64,000 bases of DNA from Adineta vaga (GCA_021613535.1 CP075493.1:7130001-7194000); one strand, 5' to 3'; counted from the first letter of the stretch, positions 1-14,666 are shown. The notes: generated from the sequence alone by a model not told the origin. Numbers and translations are program-made.

Positions 1-123
1 TTAAAGAAGAAACCTATATATTAGATCTATATTTCTAGAATAGTTTGCATAAAGTTGATTTCAAACTCTCTAAGAGCATATGAATAGAATATTGAATCAA
101 TATATTTTATTATAATCATTTAG

Positions 124-404
124 AGTAAATCCATTTGAACGTGAAACATTATTTCGTCAAAGTGTCTCTGAAAAACGTCGTCTAACACATCAACGAAATA
201 AACAAGTTATTCAATGGAAACAACGATCATTTCATGAAAGTCGAACACAAAATGAACGAAGTAAGTTTAGTCAGATTGTTAATCATTATTTATTTCATAT
301 AATAAATCATTGGTTTTTTGATTAAAATGAGTTCTTATTGCAGAATCATATCCGATATCGACTGCAACATCAATTGAAATTCTTACACCTCTCATCGATA
401 TCTC

Positions 405-435
<31 letters not shown>

Positions 436-2014
436 AATGAGACAGATGAACATTGTCGATATTCTGTGACGAGACGAGCAGGTCTCTATCTCTCTTTTCT
501 TTTTTGAAATTATTTCATTTGTTGTTGCATGTCTACATTGACGAAAAAACACTTGTTTATGATATGGGACATCTTCTTATATCGAAAAAAAAGCAATGCA
601 TGTTTCTTGAAGAAAAAAAAACAGTTCATTTTTTAATGAGCATGTCTTTTGTTTTTCATTTCAAAGTTCAATTTATAAATTAAATTTTTTATGTTTTATT
701 TAAATAGAACAATCAACTCGTGTATTACCCGATTCAACTTCGAATAAAAATCGTACATCGCCAAGTTTAATTCGTTCGTCATCATTAGAAAGTATTCCTA
801 AAATCATCGACGAACGTGAATCATCGAAATCTATATCAAACAATGATGAAGAGCGAAAACGTCAAGCAAAACTTCGTAGTCGAGCATGTAATGATTCGTT
901 TCGACAAGCTGTAGATAAATCCTACGGTCAAAATTCAAATCTAAATGATGATGGTAAGACTATCATAAAGAAAGAGAACAGATTTTGCAGTAAAAAAAAG
1001 ACGTTATTTTTACTGGAAAATATCATACTTCAAAAAGAACGAGTAGGATGAACTGATTGTTGATTAGAAAGTGATGTTCTGACCTTGACGTACTTTATTA
1101 TGAAATTTTTTGTCATAGCGGATATCAATGTGTCTTTATGAAACGGGAAATCGTCATTAATGTTGATGATTACTTCAGTGGGCAGTAGTATTGAGTAAGA
1201 ATTCATTTCCCAACGGTAATTATTTGTCGGAAATATTCAAAAGTTCATTTCCGCATAACTGAATCAAATTATCCAATTTTCAAGGTTGTAAATGTAATAA
1301 TGTGTTTAGATTTGATAGATGAAGTTAAATCAAATAAATCAGATAAACAACGATTTCGTTTTTCAAATTTATTTACAACTAAGTAAGTTTCTTCTTTTTT
1401 ACATGATAGTATCATTATTTATGTTTCTTTTCGTGATCATTTATTTCAGATCAAAACGAAAAGAATATCCCGAAGAAAGGTAAGAATAATTTTCTTTTGT
1501 CGTTTATTATCTCATGTCTTTTCCTATACATAGAATATCAAAAACGATTCCTATACAATATCAATTAGCATCTCATGACATTCGACCGATATTATATTCA
1601 CTCCCACCACCTGCACCTTTTAGTTCTCGACAAGATTCAGTTTCATCATCCTCATCTTCATCCGCACAAAGATCATTGAAAATTCCACACGTATACTGAA
1701 TATTTACACTCTTTTCCTCATTCTTAATTTAATATTTAGAAGAATAATCGTCCTTCAGCGGTATTTTCCTATTCACTATCTTCAAATGAACAAACACAAC
1801 AACAGCAACAAGGTTATCAACTATACCGTTTCAATACATCCACTCAAACACCTTCTTCAAATAAACCAAAATCGGAACATTTCACTTCAGTTCGTCATGA
1901 ATTCCATGGATTTCATGATTATCAAACAAAAAACATTCCAAGTCAATCATCTCTTTCGATCAATAATCAAAAATCATCTGGTAAACGAATGGATATTATT
2001 CATTCGTTACACTA
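124..2014 (+). CDS. PARD3: Partitioning-defective 3 (Par-3/bazooka), 3' exons only; gene begins upstream of the window
   Basis: Manual splicing gives PFERETLFRQSVSEKRR (aPKC-binding CR3 motif), RSSSLESI and RSRACNDSFRQAVDKSY, all characteristic Par-3 motifs. The final exon and stop are uncertain. Confidence 0.85.
405..433 (+). repeat. (GAT)n trinucleotide repeat encoding a poly-Asp tract in a par-3 exon
   Basis: gatgatgat... run, in frame with the par-3 exon starting at 344. Confidence 0.85.
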
Positions 2015-4822
2015 ATACATCATACTGATTTTCTTTTCTTGTATCATATATATTATTGTTATCCATCCTCGATTAACTTGGATCATGCTCATTATACAGT
2101 CAACAGAAGGAAATGATATATCATCTTCTCTTCACAAAGAAGATATATCTAGGTTCATTCTTTCTCTCTCTCGTCTATGAATTTTTGTTAAATAAATGTG
2201 GTTGATTTAATGTATCTAAATTATGAATAAACTAAATCGGTAACACATCTCATCCATCGATTCCTCGTCAATTCTTCCAAAGGAATGTTAACGGTTTCAT
2301 CAACCATCATCTACTCGTTCACCTTATCCATCAATATTCACCGTTCAATCATTACATTTTACATTCTATAGTCAATAATATGGATGCGTCCATGAATAAA
2401 TACATCTCAACAACAACCAAAATGAATGGATTTCGTATGTTATTTGGAAAATCCAGCTAATATTTAACAAAAAAAACTAAACTGACGGTGATTATTTATT
2501 AAATAATAATTATATCGGTGACAAAATCTTCATTTTTTAATCGAATTTGCGAAAATATTAATCTTCAAACTTCTCACGTTTTTATCCTCCTATTCCTATC
2601 TTTAACCTATTTATTACTACTCTTATTTTTGTTTGTTTGTTTGTTTGTTTGTGTCAGATAATCTACTTGTTCATTCTTTATGTTTGTATATACATATGTC
2701 TATACTTTACTTTCTTGCTCTTGAACAAAACGAATTTGTTGCACAACACATTCAATAACTCTGGTTTTTCTTTCGTTCTCCCTTCTTTTTTTCTTCTCTA
2801 CTCTCTTTATTCTTATAAAATATGTATGCACATATCGTATCTTATTATAGAGAGAATAGAACAACAATGTGCACGTTTATAATTATTATTCTGTTCAAAA
2901 AATAAATTCTTTGATTGATTCAAATGACTTTTTTCTTCAATAAATATTAAAGATTTGAATTGAACATATATGAAGAAAAGATAATGATCATTTCTATATG
3001 TATGACAACATACAGATTGCTGTTGATTCTTTGTCCTCTTTTCTTTCGTCTATCATTGTCAAATATATTTGTCTGTAGGTTAAATTTAGAAATAAAAAAA
3101 GGAAATCAACAATTCTTTTGTTCTTCATTAATGTGACACGTACAATCTTTATCAGATGTCATTGGTGCGTCATATAGACAGTAAGTAAATATGTAGTATT
3201 AGCACGAACTGAATTGTTGATGATCATGATTGAAGAACAGTTGCTTTTTATCTTCTCTAAATGAACAGATGGTTTAACAGAACATCTTATCACCTCAATG
3301 AATAATGTATGTATATATCTATGTTTCTCACACTTCAAAACGTGATATTTTAACTTGTTCAAGTTTTGTTAAAAGAAAAATTATTTCAAGTAAAAACACA
3401 TTTCTTTAGATCATGACATCAGAGATGTATATGAATAATAGAACATTATCTTACGATTATTCTGTCAATAAAAAACGAAAGCTAAAGAGTAAATAGGCGG
3501 ATAACGAGTGATATTTTTGTTTTCGAAAAAAGAAAAACAGAAACGCAAGTATCAAAGGTAAATCACCTATGAATGGCATAGAACCTTTGATCGGAAAGTG
3601 TATATGAGTCAAATTTGTGCATAACACGTGTTTTTACCTTTCGACAGGCTCGGATAGACAATATCATTTTTTGTATTATAGGGGAAAAGCACATATTTTT
3701 TATCTGAAATATTATCTTTCATTAAATTTATGTCAACGACACTCATTTGCTTATTACCAAAATAATTCAGACATAGACACGCGATGAACATTATATTAGA
3801 TAATCGATTTTAAACAACTGGTTAAACTCATCGATCGTATTTATTGTCTCATAGGATGTTGAAAAAAGACATGAAAAAAATATGACACATAATTTGATGT
3901 TTAACGACAAAAATCACATAATGTGAAAGGGGTATTTTGCAAATAGTACCTATAACTATGTAAAGGAAAGAGGAAAAAAAATCGTTTGCACACATTTGTT
4001 GTCTCCTTCCTTACCTTTCTTTTTTCTCTCGGGCTTTTTTTCCTATTCATTCGGGCTCGTTCGTATTTCTTTTTACATGTAAATAATGAATAATCTTAGT
4101 ATAGTGAAGTGTCTTTTAATACGAATGCGTGCAAAAACAATAATAACCTCAATCAACGTATGTCAACTGTTCTTCCTTTCTCTTTTTTGCGTATCAACGA
4201 ATATGTACGAGACAATCTCTTCCTATTATGGACACTCTTCATTCACATCGTGTAACAGATGAAGGAAAAAAAGAAACCATACTAGCCTTTACTCCTCATG
4301 CGCTGATTACAATAAGTATTGTATTACATTTATTACCTGACTTTCTTCAGACAACCTTGATATTAGAAGTTCGATTCTTTTCTTCAAATTAAAATAGCAC
4401 TATTTAGTATTGTAAGAACTGTTTTATAGCAATCAAATGACGTTTTATTTTCCTTTTTCTACATTCATCAAAAGAAACTAATCGAGTTCTTATAATCGCA
4501 CATGATTTTATTCAGACAAACTTGTAAAAGATCGAGAAATCTCGATTGTCATATTATTTACTATCAATAACGACATCATTTTGAAAGATTTTACGAACGT
4601 TGTCTTTTATTTTATGATATACCCATCTGTTACTACGCACTTTGTCCCTTATGTAAATGAACCATTTCCATCTGTTGATAACTTTACCGGTTTTTTTTTC
4701 TTGTTCGAAAAAAGAAAGAAACGGTCAAGGTTATAGAAGACAACTAACATATCTCCTTCTTTTTCTTTTTAGAAAGAAGAAGAAAAAAGAAAAAAAAGAA
4801 TTACTTCATCAACCCGGTAAAT

Positions 4823-6199
4823 ATGAGAAGAATCTATGGACGATTATTTGATTTATATTCAATGAAAACTTTTGTATTATCTATTATTTTCTTTCCAAAT
4901 TTTCTCAATGGTCAATTAACTTCCATGATTAAGTATGAATATTATTCTTCATCATCAAATTATCTAGATCGAACAGAAGAAAGTCAAACAAATGGTATTG
5001 TTTCATCACGAGGTAAACAAACAACTGTGTCAAATAAACCAGCATTTACATTAATTGATTCGAATAAGAATTACGATGCTTGTCAACAACCGATCAATAC
5101 TATCAATTTTCCCGATGGTATTGCAATTATACAGCGAGGAGGTGATTGTACATTTAGTGTAAAAATTACACGTGCAAAACAATACGGTGCATCAGGTAAT
5201 TTATGAATTAAAATTTACTTTTAAAAGATAGATTCTAGAGCGTACAAAAATCATTTGTAGAGTTCTATTGAAAATTAAACTAATATATATATATGTATAT
5301 CTTTCTCCTATTTTAGCTGTGATTATTTACGATCCGCGTAGTGCTGGTCAAGATGCATTTGATATGTTACAAAATAATTCTGATATATTAGCTTTGTACG
5401 TTTCACAATCGATTGGTTCGATATTATTTGCTTTAGCAAATGATAATCGAACATATTTAAATATTACATTAGAACCTACTCAGTTTGATTATGATGATCT
5501 TAATCGAAGAGGTCTATGGTATAATTCTCGTGGAGCAATTATTTTCGTTGCTATATCTATATCTGTTCTTGTTTTTCTATTTCTTGCATGGTTTATTTTT
5601 TATTATTGTCAACGATATCGTTTACGTACAGCTAAAGATCATTTAAATAATCGATTGACACATGCTGCTAAAAAAGCATTAAACAAAATTCCAATAATTA
5701 CAGTTACAGAAAATTCTCCAATTGAAGAATCATGTGTCATCTGTCTGGATACAATTAAAACTGGTGATACTGCGCGACAATTAAGTGAGTAGAAAAAAAA
5801 AAGAACAAATCTTCTTTTTTAACTTGTACGTCAATTTCTTCTATAGAATGTAATCATACATTTCATCAAACTTGTGTTGATCCATGGTTAATTAATCATC
5901 GTCATTGTCCATTATGTAATCTTGATATCCTCGTTGCATATAGCGTGACGATTCCAGGAACGAATAGTCGTCGTCACCCAGTACTAACTGAAACTCTCGC
6001 ACCGATTTCATATGCTTCACTTGCTACTACAGCTGCATCATCTGTATCTGAACAAAACAATGTTCCTCATAATGAACAACAACAACGACAAGTTAATTTG
6101 GACGTGTCATATCAACCCATTTCGACTATATCAGGTTCGATAAGGAATGATATGCATGGTGAACAGAATGCCATGTTTACAACGGACGATGGATATTAA
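4823..6199 (+). CDS. PA-TM-RING E3 ubiquitin ligase (Goliath/GRAIL, RNF130/149/150-like), 3 exons
   Basis: Signal peptide, PA domain ([25 protein letters not shown]), TM helix, and a RING-H2 split by an intron (CVICLD...[14 protein letters not shown]...CPLC). Confidence 0.92.
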
Positions 6200-6317
6200 A
6201 ATATAGAAACGATTTATTTTTCTTTTTTATAATCTTTTGTATTACATCATGACAATAAATAACATTTTTTTTTCTTCTTTCATTAATTGATAATAAATTA
6301 TATCATAGCAACTAAAA

Positions 6318-8622
6318 ATGAATCAACAAATGTATACTCGACAATTAATAGAACTACATTCTTTACTGAAAGATGAACAACATGATCGAATTACAATCAT
6401 CATTTCAGGCAAGCAATTTATCGCACAAAATCAACAAGTATGTTTCTATTTAGCTTTCACAGTTATCAAACAGATCGTCGTTTAGTTGAAAAAATTTCCT
6501 GATACATTACTGGGTAATGAAATGAAACGACGTTTATTCTATGATAAGAATTTTGATGTCTATCGATTTGATCGTCATCCATCTGTATTTGAATCAATAC
6601 TTTATTATTATCTAAATTCTGGAATACTTATACGGTAGATAAATAGAATTGAATTCTGTTTTAAATAATTAGAATCGATTTTAAAAGACCACCTCATATT
6701 GAACTTGAAATTTTCTATGAAGAACTTCGATTTTGGCAAATCAATGAAAGTCTTATTGAAACATTTCTTGACGAAGAAATGGTATATTGTCGTTAGAGGG
6801 AAATTTCTATAGAGAAGAATTTTTAGACTCCTTTAGATGATATTCGTTTACTTCCTACGGAAAATTGGCGTCGTATTGTTTGGAAAACGCTGACTTATCC
6901 AAACAGTGTACGTTTTCCCTATGGTCAATTGATCACTGGTCTATCTATGTCATTAACCATTCTATCATGTATACCATTTTTGAGCGAGTATATTCAGAAT
7001 TCCATTCAATGAATTCCAATTTGTAAATATGAAAATTCTTTAGAATTGTTCCAACAGTTACTGAACTTATTCAATTTCAAGCGATACTTGGTGTCGATCA
7101 AATACATTTTCCATTGTATATGCGTCCATCATATATCATGGAAATATTCTGTATTGTCGCATTTACAATTGAATTAAGTTTAAGAATCATTTCTGCACCA
7201 ATATTTTCATTGATTCTACATGATGTTTCAAATTTTCTTGATTTCGTAAGTGACTTTTTATCGTATATAACTAATGTAGAATGATTTGGATCTAGATCAT
7301 TATCTTATCAAGTTCAATATGTTTAATTAGTTATCATTTACATAATATTGGTTATATTGATAATTTTCTTTCATTTTATTATTGGCTATTAATAATAAAA
7401 TCATTTCGTATCTACGGTTAACACGACACATGTCTCATTTGAGATTATTATATAAAGCCATTGCTATGAGTTTATATGAACTTTGTTCTTTAATCATATC
7501 AGGTACAAATTAGACGAGATTGAAATCAAAATTCGCATGAAATAGTTTGCATTTTAGTGATATTCTGTATGTTACTATTCGGAACTATGATTTACATCAT
7601 TGATAATGCCGTCCGGAATCAAATACAAGAAATATTCTTGGTAAGAATAAAAGAAAGGAATATATTTTATCAGCGATATCTCTAATAAATGAAACTAAAT
7701 TAAAGTAAATCTCTTTTCGAGTTGATATACACATGTTACAAATCAACTAATGTGTAATTAAAATGTTTCCTTGTCTTAGGAATCTACGTAATATATTGAT
7801 AAATCACTTTTGTTCGACATTAACTAATAAATATTTTGATAGAACCAAGTATAATCAAGGGTGTAATCGGTTTCCTTTTACATCAATTACGTCGTTAACT
7901 ATGCTTTTCATATTTCATATATACTTTCGATGTCAGCGTAATCATACGCGTATTTATTTATTTTCTCTGAAAAACCTGTTATGAAGTTAATAACTCAAGG
8001 TAGTACGATATTTTTTTGTATTTATTATGTCAATCGTCATTGAAAACAATATGATGTACAATAATTAAAAGGTAATTGATCACGTGACGTGTATGTCAAT
8101 AATTAAAATTGAAAAAAAATATTCTTATTAACACCTACACGCACAATGTGATATAGGAGTCGATTCTTTCGTTCGATTAGTTACTATGATTGAGAAGAAT
8201 AATGAAGAGAATTGGTTTCAAGGTTAAACAGAAATTTCGTCATATTTTAGATGGATTTTGGTTGGCATTTATCACATTAACTACATTAGGTTATGGTGAT
8301 ATCTATCCTCGATCTGTAAGTCGAACAGAGAAGAACATTTTGTGTATTTTACCTGGTTTTTTCTTCTTCTTCTTCTTCTTTTCTAATAGTTCGCAGCTCG
8401 ATTAGCTGCTAGTCTTTGTGCATTGATTGGTATTGTTGTATTTAGGTAAGGAGAAAAACATAAGGATTGAATTTTTTCTATTCATTCACTCGTTTATCTA
8501 TCGATCTATCTATCTATCATTCTTATAGTATGCCAACAACTATTGTCTTTATCAAATATACAACTCTAATACAAAATCGTTGGAAACAAAATCGAAATAT
8601 TTGCTATGTGACAGGAACCTAA
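6318..8622 (+). CDS. Voltage-gated potassium channel subunit, divergent Shaker-superfamily, multi-exon
   Basis: T1 domain (KFPDTLLG...FDRHPSVFESILYYY), S4-like KSFRILRLTRH, pore FWLAFITLTTLGYGDIYP, S6 GIVVFSMPTTIV. Confidence 0.9.
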
Positions 8623-9244
8623 TTGTAATTAGTTTTTCTTTTTCGTTGAGCAAACGATGTAGTGTATAAATTAAATGATAGATAATATATCAAAATCAAA
8701 ATATAAATTAGTGTGTATAGTTTCTTCTTTTTTCTCTCTCATTCTCTCTTTTTGTTTGTCTCTCTCTCTCTCCTCCCCATCGTTTTCTGTCTGTCTTTCT
8801 TCATAAAAACTGTCCTAAGAAATGAAATATATGCTTTATATGATGCACAAATCTACGATACGGATTGGCGACAGATTCGATGTAAGCAAAAATCAATCAT
8901 TTGATCAAATCATATTGCAAAACCATGTGTTATATGTACCATTTAACGACCCTCTTTTGTGTGTATGCTTATTATCAGTAAAACGAGAGAGAAAAAAACG
9001 ACATAGACAGGTGAAGCGTAACCATTGAAATGCAGAGAAGTATATTTTTGTTCGTGTATGTGTCTAACGTATACACGTTTATAATTATTGAGCCAGTCAA
9101 CGATTATGATGGGCAGATCAACTAGTTAGATATCGGTCATCGTTGACTTATTTTTTTATAACGATAATATGAAGTTAATTATAAACATGTTTTAGATTAT
9201 AATAATCATAGTAGTAGACCATTTGATTGGAAAACAAGGAAACA

Positions 9245-10934
9245 ATGAGTCAATTGATAACTTATAATAGTGTCAATGATGGTGTTACATCTCGACGTTA
9301 TACGGGCTATCCACTCAATTCAACATTGGTTAGTTCCTATACTCCAGATACAATTCGGAGTATTATAAATCATGCTGCAGCTGGACAGCCGTATTGTATG
9401 TAAAGATTTCAATTGAATTTCTATATGCTTTGAATATATTCTAGCAACATCCGTATGGATCCGTATTAATCGAGTGGGAATTCAAATAAGTGCTCAAGAT
9501 CCTCAAATTGCTCGAACACGTATACCAGTTTTTATTCCTATTGGACTTGTACATGATATTTATATGTTACCTAGCATAAATAATGTTATTTGTGTTGTCT
9601 ATGATGAGCTACAATCGAATATGAAAGGAGTTTTATTATATGTTATACATCCTTCGGATGCACAATTATTACGCGATGATTTTCGTATTGTTAAACAAGC
9701 AAGTAATAGTCAACAAGCTCCAGCTCAACAACCACCCTATTCAAGTCCATTTGATAATTTGTATCCACATGAAAATAATCAAGTCTATACACCTGCACCA
9801 AGTAAATCACCATTGCTTTATGAACCTTATCGTAATAATACCAATATTCGTCATCCATCGCCTAGACGTATTTTATATAATCGCGAAAATGAATCAAATA
9901 GAAAACCTAATATAACACCAACATTACTTTCTATAACACATTCACCATATAAAGGTAGTTATCATAGTGATCGAGAAGAGCATGCTCATCGACGACATCG
10001 AAGTCCAAAAAAACAGAAAAGTGGACATTCACCAGCGAAACGCTCAAGTGATAGTCGAATTAAACAAAGAAAACATCGATCACGATCACCGGAAAAACAA
10101 GTCAAACCCAAACCACCTACTACTAGTAACAGTTTAGAATTAACTCCTGAACAATTACAACAACAACAGCAACAAATGCTTTTACAACAACAACAACAAA
10201 TGGCCGCTTGGCAAGCTTCTCAACAACAACAACAAATGCCTTTAATTCCAATGGGTATTTACAATCGGTAAGAATATTTTTATTTTTTTAAGAAAACTAT
10301 TCGTTATCAAGGTAATGTTTCTGTTTTTAGTTATGTACCGAAAACAATTCCATTACCAACAGGTGAAACTCTTCGAACAACATTACCACCTGCAGGTACA
10401 GGCCAAAGCACAACTAATGGTTCAGCCGTGGCATATATCGAGCCACAAGAAGCTACAAAAGCAAACAATGCTGCTAGTCGTACACCATCACGTTCACGTT
10501 CAAATTCTCCTCGACGTTTTAATGATCATCAACAGAATCGTTCTGTTAGTGCACAACATTCATCAGCTGCACCATCGAATCGTCATCATCATCGACGTCA
10601 TCGTACCAATGGTAATGCTTATGTTATCACACGTGGTGAATCAGGTACATATGATACATCTTCTCAACAATCACGTTCACGATCGAAATATACATCATCA
10701 ACAAATCCGAATTATAATTCAAGTGAAAATGAAGATGACACAAAACAATATTTAAAAATGTTAATCGATGAAATGCAAGCAATGAAATTAGAAATGAATA
10801 GAATGCGACAATTAGCTGTTAGTGCACCGAAAGGACGTTCCGATTCGATACATGCTGATATCAAAGATCTTCGTACACACATTGATTTAATTCGATCACG
10901 TATAGCGATGACACCAAAAATTACTGAAAAATAA
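9245..10934 (+). CDS. Hypothetical protein with a possible PTB-like N-terminal domain, polyQ and Arg/Ser-rich regions, and a C-terminal coiled coil; 3 exons
   Basis: ATG at 9245; GT-AG introns at about 9397-9444 and 10268-10330 join ORFs 9474-10271 and 10428-10934 in frame. Confidence 0.7.
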
Positions 10935-11599
10935 AATTACACTTTTCTATTCTTGTTGCATTTTATTTATTTATGTTATTGACATGAATAATTCATTCGA
11001 ACTAGTTGAAATTGTTTCTTCGTTTTCTATTTCTTAATTATATAAAGTATTTATAAGAAAATATCATCACTATTTATTATAGAAAGAAGTTTTAATGTAT
11101 CGAACTACACCCTAACAATAGAATAAGTTGTATAGCATTACGATGTGTCAAAGTTAATATAATCGAATGATTAAATCATTTGACATTAATATCAAGGTAG
11201 CGTATTTATACTCTGACACTATTACATATCAAAATGCTGTTGACAAGTCATGAACGACGATTTGTCATAGATTACCAAGATGATAAGGTATAAATCATGT
11301 CATGATATACGCCTGTCCGTCAATGTGATTAGTATGTATATATGTAAAACTCATCTTCGTACGTTGTAGAGAATTTTAATGAAACGATGCTTTGTATCTC
11401 TTCGTATTTGACGCTACAAAATAAAAATCACGTGAGCAAGAAAAAAGTATAATTAGGTCTCTACTAATTCAATGTAAAAAAAACTTGAAAAATCTTTTAT
11501 TTAAGTAGTGATCACCTATGTGAATTATCAACTGTTACAATACAGGTAGAGTTGATCTCGATTACTATTTTGTATTGTTTTATTCACAAAACAAATGAA

Positions 11600-13038
11600 T
11601 CAACGAAATGAACGAGTAATTTCAAGTATTTCACGTTTAACATCTAAGAAATAAAATCTTCTGTAAATTTATATCAAAAACATTTTGACCTTCGCTTACT
11701 TGCATCAATAACTCGAACTACTCGAGTACTGAATAAACCAGTTTGGATAATATATTCTTCAAATTGGCGAACACCACCTTGAACACCAAAATAATATACT
11801 TTAGCTGCAAGATATCTATTCAATAGAAAGCTATTTTTCATCATCTTATTTCAATAAACTTCATTGACATACATAATACCTTGTGGTTTAAGGGCATGAT
11901 CAAATAATTTCACTAATTTATTATAATTTCCAGTATTATAAATCGTTTCTGACGTAAGTATAATATCATAACTGAAAGAAAGAAAAATATAATTTCAATG
12001 ACGCTTTCTTTATCAATGATTGTTTACTATTGAGCTGGAATAATGTTTATTAAATCTCCCCAATCACCAAAAAACATACGATTATTATAAATTCCTCTTT
12101 CTTTTTTCAATTGTTTGCCTGTTTGCTCTACGACTTCACGATTCTATAACAACATGTCTGTATAAACTTCTTCTTACAACCATTCAACTTACAAAATCTT
12201 GAAAATCTACTTGAATATGTGATGATTTATTCAATTCGATTCCTGGTAAACCACTGCCACATCCTAACTAAATAAATAATAATCAATACATATTCTCCTT
12301 GCATTATCTTCACTACTTCTATAACTGTTGTTCTATCGTGAAACGTATTGATAATCGATTGCAAATAATCAACTAAATCATGTGAACATTCCCATGTTTT
12401 GAAACCACCTAAAACGCGACTAAATTTGTCGACAGATATATGTATATATATAGTTAAACATTTTACCTTCATACACATTTGGTACAAGATCTGATTGATT
12501 CAGTTCCAATCTTTCTCGTATTTTTTCGACATTTTTCTCCGATTCATCTAAATATATTGTATGATTTTATCAATACGTGTACTTATGAAAGTCTCAATAT
12601 TCGTTCTGAGTCAGTTATTTGATTTAATTAGACTACTATATAATAAAGAGTACATGTTAATCACTCATTTATCAGTTACATTGAAGATTAGCATGAATAT
12701 TTTAACATCTATCCTTCCGCAATATATTTTCTCTGTTCATAAATAGAAAAGAAGAAGAGTTATGCACATCATTGATTTGTTTTCATCAGTTTCAATAATT
12801 TCTTTCTTCACAATGACTTTCCTCTACAAAATCAAATGAAACACATCTCATTGTATCATCAAAAAAAACCATCTTGATCTTTTTTTAGATTTTTATTTTC
12901 AAATCTAATCATACTTTTTAAATCATCAATCTGAATAAATCCAAATTCTTGATTCAATGCACCAAATTGATCATTTTCGTTTCTAGTTTTGTTTTCATTT
13001 TCATTATTTTCTTCAATATTAAAATTGAATTTAAACAT
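11600..13038 (-). CDS. METTL18: Histidine protein methyltransferase 1 homolog
   Basis: MFKFNF start, YEGGFKTWECS, SAM motif GCGSGLPG, YDIILTSETIYN, AAKVYYFGVQGG across short-intron exons. Confidence 0.9.
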
Positions 13039-13053
13039 ATCTGAAGAAAAAAA

Positions 13054-14126
13054 TCATTTTCGTTTCGATTGACTGTCATCATGATCAGATTTTCGTTTTA
13101 ATGAAAATAAATTTCTATCAGATATCGTTTGTTTAGCATCAAGTATTCTTCCATATTGACGATATTTAGGATCATTTTGATGTTCACTTAAAAATTGATC
13201 AATACGCATTTTTAATTGTTGAGCAACAACTGGTTGAGTTACTTCAGTAAATGATTTTAATGTAAATGGATCACGTGGTAAACGAGACCAACGTGTATCT
13301 TCAGCAATACATTTTTCTAATGTTGTTCGATCAATTAAATGACCACTTGGCAATAGCATTGGAATTAACATAAGATCAGATGTTAAAGAATCAAGAAAGT
13401 CAGAAGGAATTTCTTCGGAAACTTTCGAAGAGATTGAATCATTGCTTGCTGAAGGTTGAACTGGAGTAGGAAAGAGAAGTTCTTGAAGTTTAGTTTTGAA
13501 TTCTGTCGGAATGGAATTCGATAATGATCCCCAAATTTGTAGATATTTCAAAGCACATGACGATACACGCCAAGTACGTTTAATGGTAATTTTAATTGAA
13601 CTACAATTGATTAAATGTGTATTGGCAGAAAATCGATATTTGGACGTATTTGAATTGGTTTGTTCATTATCATGATCATAGATTTCAATTCGTTGAATAG
13701 TTTCATCTTCATTTAAAATTTGTGCAATTCGATAAAATGTTAATTGTCGAGAATTGATGAGATTCGATTTATTCGATGAATCGATTAACCAAGATGTTTT
13801 CTCCTCCATCCTTTGATGATTTACACAAAATTCAATCAATGTGGAGCGATGATGACCCAACGATGGACCGAGATAGATATGTTTTATATCGATATTAAAA
13901 GGAAATCGAATGTAAATATCAACAGGTGGTCGTTGTAATGAGTCAGCGAGAAAACCATTGCTATTGTAATAAATGAACTATCAAATTAATATAAAGAAAA
14001 GTTTTTTTTCAATCGATACTTTTGTGAAAAGTTTTTGGCAAGATTTTGAGCATGGTAACCATCGAGTTGCATTTGAAAACATTCGAGTAGTGGTTGAAAT
14101 TGAGCTGTACAAAAATTTACAAGCAT
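13054..14126 (-). CDS. UBOX5: U-box domain protein 5 / RNF37-like
   Basis: N-terminal MLVNFC...DGYHAQNL, RPPVDI motif, U-box IPSDFLDSLTSDLMLIPMLLPSGHLIDRTTLEK...DPFT; one intron. Confidence 0.85.
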
Positions 14127-14666
14127 GGTGGGATGTTATAACATTGATTGAGAATTGATTAAATTGTTACTCGTTTCTTCAGAAGATATCACTTGTTTAT
14201 TAATCTAAAATTTTAGTACGATTATAAGATAGATTTTAGAACAGATACTGAAGATTAACAAATAGGAACAGTACAATATGATAATTCGATCTTTGTATAA
14301 ACACCGAATTATGATCATGACATTATCAGAATGATACACATTTAATAATTTTCGAAGAATAGTTCTTTCATTATCAAATTGATTCTAGCCAGTCAAATGA
14401 ATAGAGATTCATGTTTTAGAACATAAGAAAATTGTTTATTTTTTTAAATGAAATTTTGCAAGAGAAATCTGACATAAGTTTACGTGTAAAAATAAAGTGT
14501 CATAAGATCTGACATAAGTTTCATAAAGAAGAAAGACTAGACAATCATAATTACTCACATATCAAGAATATACAAAAACGACAAGAAAAGAACGAAAAAA
14601 TAATAATCATATACAAAATAAATTAAATCATCATTGTTCACAAGAAAGAATTTTTTTTTCGTTGAT

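Noticed and set aside
2222-2460. Coding-like stretch after par-3
   Set aside because: Could be an alternative last exon, but I could not assign a convincing acceptor and frame
11271-11281. ttaccaaga, resembling the 3' end of the rotifer spliced leader as I recall it
   Set aside because: Only about 9 nt match, with no following GT donor or Sm site
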